A DNA stretch of 63,998 nucleotides, the filler included, from Sandaracinaceae bacterium (GTDB lineage: Bacteria; Myxococcota_A; Polyangia; Polyangiales; JADJQN01): assembly GCA_947483975.1 (NCBI GenBank). It is 12 parts of 12 records of this genome, joined end to end, with 100 filler letters (N's around TTAATTAATTAA, not from the genome) between each part and the next. Parts side by side here need not be neighbours in the genome. Positions count along the whole stretch, not along the records: positions 58,986 to 63,998 come from CANKOL010000380.1; 11 more parts are not named here. One strand, written 5' to 3'. Both the position numbers and the translations under genes were made by a program. Positions 61,453 to 63,998 of the stretch are shown here, piece by piece (the first letter of the stretch is position 1; every line of letters begins with the position of its first letter). Below the pieces are notes generated by a model. That model saw nothing but the letters and a program-made list of their open reading frames with translations. It did not search any database and was not told where the DNA came from.

Positions 61453-63998
61453 CAGTCTCCGAGCTTGCGAAGCTCATCTTCGAGGGCGTCGTCGTACTTC
61501 GCCTGCGTTTCGGTGGTCGCCGGGTCGGCCGCGTCCGCCGCAGCCTGCGCGCTCGCGACGGCGACGCCGCGCGCGGTCCAGCGCCGGCCGAGCCAGAACA
61601 CCCCGCCCGCCGCGAGCACGATCGCGACGACGGGCACGGCCCAGAGCGCGCGATCGAGGCCGTGATCCGCGGGGATCGAGATGGACTTCGAGCCGTACTG
61701 CGCGCGGTAGTCGGCCGAGATCTGCGCGAGGGTGTCACCCCGCGCCATGCGCGCGCGGACCTCGGTGCGACGCGTCTCCGCCTCGCTGCACGCGCAGAGC
61801 GAGAGGTCGAGGCGCTCGCAGTCGCCGCAGGTGCAGAGGAGCCGCTCGAAGACCTGCCGCTCCGCCATCGAATGGAGCGTCACCTGCCCTGCGTGCAGCG
61901 AGGACGCGTCCTGCGCGGCAGCCGACGCATGGCTGAAGACGAGCAGCCCACCCGCGCCGATGGCGAGCAGCAGAGCCGCCGTCGACAGCCCGCGGGAGCG
62001 CGCTCCAAAGCGCGCCTCGCCGAGCAATTCCTTGAGCGTCGGGACCATCGCGATCACCGTGCCGATGATCATCAAGATGCAGCCCCACCAGATCCAGCCG
62101 ACGAACGGCCGCACGATCACCTTGAACGTGCCGACCTCCGTGCCCTCGTTCACTCCGTTGAGGATGACGTAGAGGTCACCGGCGAGGGTCGAGGCGATCG
62201 CGACCTCCGTCGTCGGCATATCCGGGAGCTTCCGGTAGATGAACTTCGCGGGCGACACCCGACCGAGCGGCTGCCCGTTCTGCGACACGAGCAGATCGGC
62301 GAAGATCATCTGCTTGTTCTCGTCCTCGTCCGTGCGGGCGCCGAGAAAGCGCAGCGAGTAGCTGCCGACGTGCATCACGCCGTCGCGCCCCAAGGCCGAC
62401 TCTTGCTCGACGTCGTAGGCCGCGCCCGTGAAGCCGAAGTACATCAGCACGATCGCGATGTGCACGACGTAGCCGCCGTAGCGGCGCCGCGCCTTGACGA
62501 TCAGCACGACGAACGCGACGGCGACGTTCTCCTTGGCGTTGCGCATCCGCATCGCGGTGCCGCGCCAGAACTCCTGCGAGATCGCCGCGAAGACCCACAC
62601 GCAGATGACGAAGGCCGACACCGGCGCCGCCGAGAACAGCGCGGCCAGCACCTTGCCCGTGAGCGTGTCGTAGATCTCCGGCGCGTTCATCAGCGGCGGG
62701 AAACCGATCATCGGCCCGACGATGATGTGCAGGACCAGCGCGCTCACCGCCGCGACGGTCGGCACGATGAACGCGCGCAGCAGGTTCTTGCCGCTCGCCT
62801 TGCGCCACGCGATCAGCGGGCCGACGCCGGTCAGGAAGAGCAGCACGAGGCCGAGCGGCACCATCCAGCGGTTGTAGAAGCCGGGACCGACGGTGACCGT
62901 CTCGTTGCGCAGCGCCTCGCTGATCAGCGGGAAGGTCGTCGCGATGAGCACGAACGCCATCATCCCGAGGAGGATCCAGTTGTTCAGGAGGAAGGCGAAC
63001 TCACGCGACAGGAGCGCGTCGATGCTGTTCTCGGACTTCAGCAGCGGCAGCCGCCAGATGATCAGCCCGAGGCACGCGACGAGCACGATGCCCATGTAGA
63101 CGACGAAGTAGAGGCCTATGTCCGAGCGCGAGAAGCTGTGCACGCTCGCGATCAGCCCCGAGCGCGTCAGGAACGTGCCGAAGATCGTCATGAAGAACGT
63201 CAGGCAAAGGAGGAAGACGTTCCACACCTTGAGCATCCCGCGGCGCTCTTGGATCATCACCGAGTGCAGGTACGCGGTGCCGACGAGCAGCGGCATGAAC
63301 GCGGCGTTTTCCACCGGATCCCACGCCCAGTAGCCGCCCCAGCCGAGCTCCTCGTAGGACCAGAGCATGCCGAGGACGTTGCCGATGGCGAGCGCGAGCC
63401 ACGCGAGCAGCGCCCAGCGGCGCGTCGCGAGCAGCCACTCATCGTGCAGGCGCCCGGTGACGAGCGCGGCGATGACGAACGCGAACGGGATCGACCAGCC
63501 GACGAAGCCCGCGTAGAGCATCGGCGGGTGGATCGCCATCCAGTAATTCTGGAGCAGCGGGTTGAGCCCCTCACCGTCGGCGGGCGCGCCGGACGCGTTG
63601 AGCGAGAAGGGGTTGGCGGCGAAGAGCATCAGCACGCCGAAGAACAAGAACACCGTCATCAGCGTCGCGAGCACCCAGGGCTGAAGCTCCGCGTAGCGCT
63701 TGCGCATCCAGAGCGTGCACGCGGCCGTGTAGCAAGACAGCAGGAACGCCCACCAGAGGAGCGAGCCGTCCTGTCCGCCCCAGAGCGCGGTGAACAGGTA
63801 GCCCGTCGTCATGCTCCGGTCGGAGTAGCGGCTGACGTAGTGGATGCGGAAGTCGTGCGTCTGGAACGCGTACGCGAGCAGCGCGACGGCGACCGCGACG
63901 AGCGCGCAGGTGGCGAACGTGCCCATGCGCGCCGCCTGCAGGAAACGCGGGCGCCCGCGTGTCGCGATCAACGCTGTCATCAGCGTGTAACCGGCAGC
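61452..63998 (-). CDS. ccmF: heme lyase CcmF fused to CcmH-like domain, possibly 5'-partial
   Basis: WGGQDGS, LNPLLQ, HPP, WGGYWAWDPVEN, LTRSG, SVHSF; C-terminal LLCTCGDC...CAC. Confidence 0.93.
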   Translation of the reverse strand, partial: AAGYTLMTALIATRGRPRFLQAARMGTFATCALVAVAVALLAYAFQTHDFRIHYVSRYSDRSMTTGYLFTALWGGQDGSLLWWAFLLSCYTAACTLWMRKRYAELQPWVLATLMTVFLFFGVLMLFAANPFSLNASGAPADGEGLNPLLQNYWMAIHPPMLYAGFVGWSIPFAFVIAALVTGRLHDEWLLATRRWALLAWLALAIGNVLGMLWSYEELGWGGYWAWDPVENAAFMPLLVGTAYLHSVMIQERRGMLKVWNVFLLCLTFFMTIFGTFLTRSGLIASVHSFSRSDIGLYFVVYMGIVLVACLGLIIWRLPLLKSENSIDALLSREFAFLLNNWILLGMMAFVLIATTFPLISEALRNETVTVGPGFYNRWMVPLGLVLLFLTGVGPLIAWRKASGKNLLRAFIVPTVAAVSALVLHIIVGPMIGFPPLMNAPEIYDTLTGKVLAALFSAAPVSAFVICVWVFAAISQEFWRGTAMRMRNAKENVAVAFVVLIVKARRRYGGYVVHIAIVLMYFGFTGAAYDVEQESALGRDGVMHVGSYSLRFLGARTDEDENKQMIFADLLVSQNGQPLGRVSPAKFIYRKLPDMPTTEVAIASTLAGDLYVILNGVNEGTEVGTFKVIVRPFVGWIWWGCILMIIGTVIAMVPTLKELLGEARFGARSRGLSTAALLLAIGAGGLLVFSHASAAAQDASSLHAGQVTLHSMAERQVFERLLCTCGDCERLDLSLCACSEAETRRTEVRARMARGDTLAQISADYRAQYGSKSISIPADHGLDRALWAVPVVAIVLAAGGVFWLGRRWTARGVAVASAQAAADAADPATTETQAKYDDALEDELRKLGD

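Overview
The window is not one locus. It is 12 separate ~5.2-kb contigs, apparently sorted by decreasing length, joined by artificial 100-nt N...TTAATTAATTAA...N linkers, so gene neighbourhood is only meaningful within a contig. The very high GC, several Ser/Thr kinases and Cys-rich secreted proteins suggest a myxobacterial (Polyangiales/Sandaracinaceae-like) draft genome or MAG; this is inferred. Most contigs carry housekeeping genes: pyk; ccsA-hemA-hemC and trxA; icd-mdh-sucCD-ndk; rpsT and engB; batABCD; ssb and ccmF-ccmH. Contig 3 (10920-16183) is a decaying accessory island. It holds a REPIN-like element, a 41-bp palindromic tandem array, and a hicBA pair apparently split by a 1.9-kb insert carrying a DUF2961/GH172-like lipoprotein. 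It also holds a frameshifted vapC, ISAs1 and FG-GAP remnants, and a second doubly deleted copy of the DUF2961 gene whose four mismatches all fall at adenines. The best candidates for undescribed biology are: (i) a UPF0104 flippase-like domain fused to a Thr-nucleophile sulfatase-fold enzyme; (ii) a 36-aa membrane peptide missed by the ORF track, with its own RBS, a TTGACA promoter and a palindromic operator; (iii) a C2+PDZ lipoprotein operon; (iv) the split TA locus and its repeats. All product calls come from motif recognition by eye; no database searches were run.
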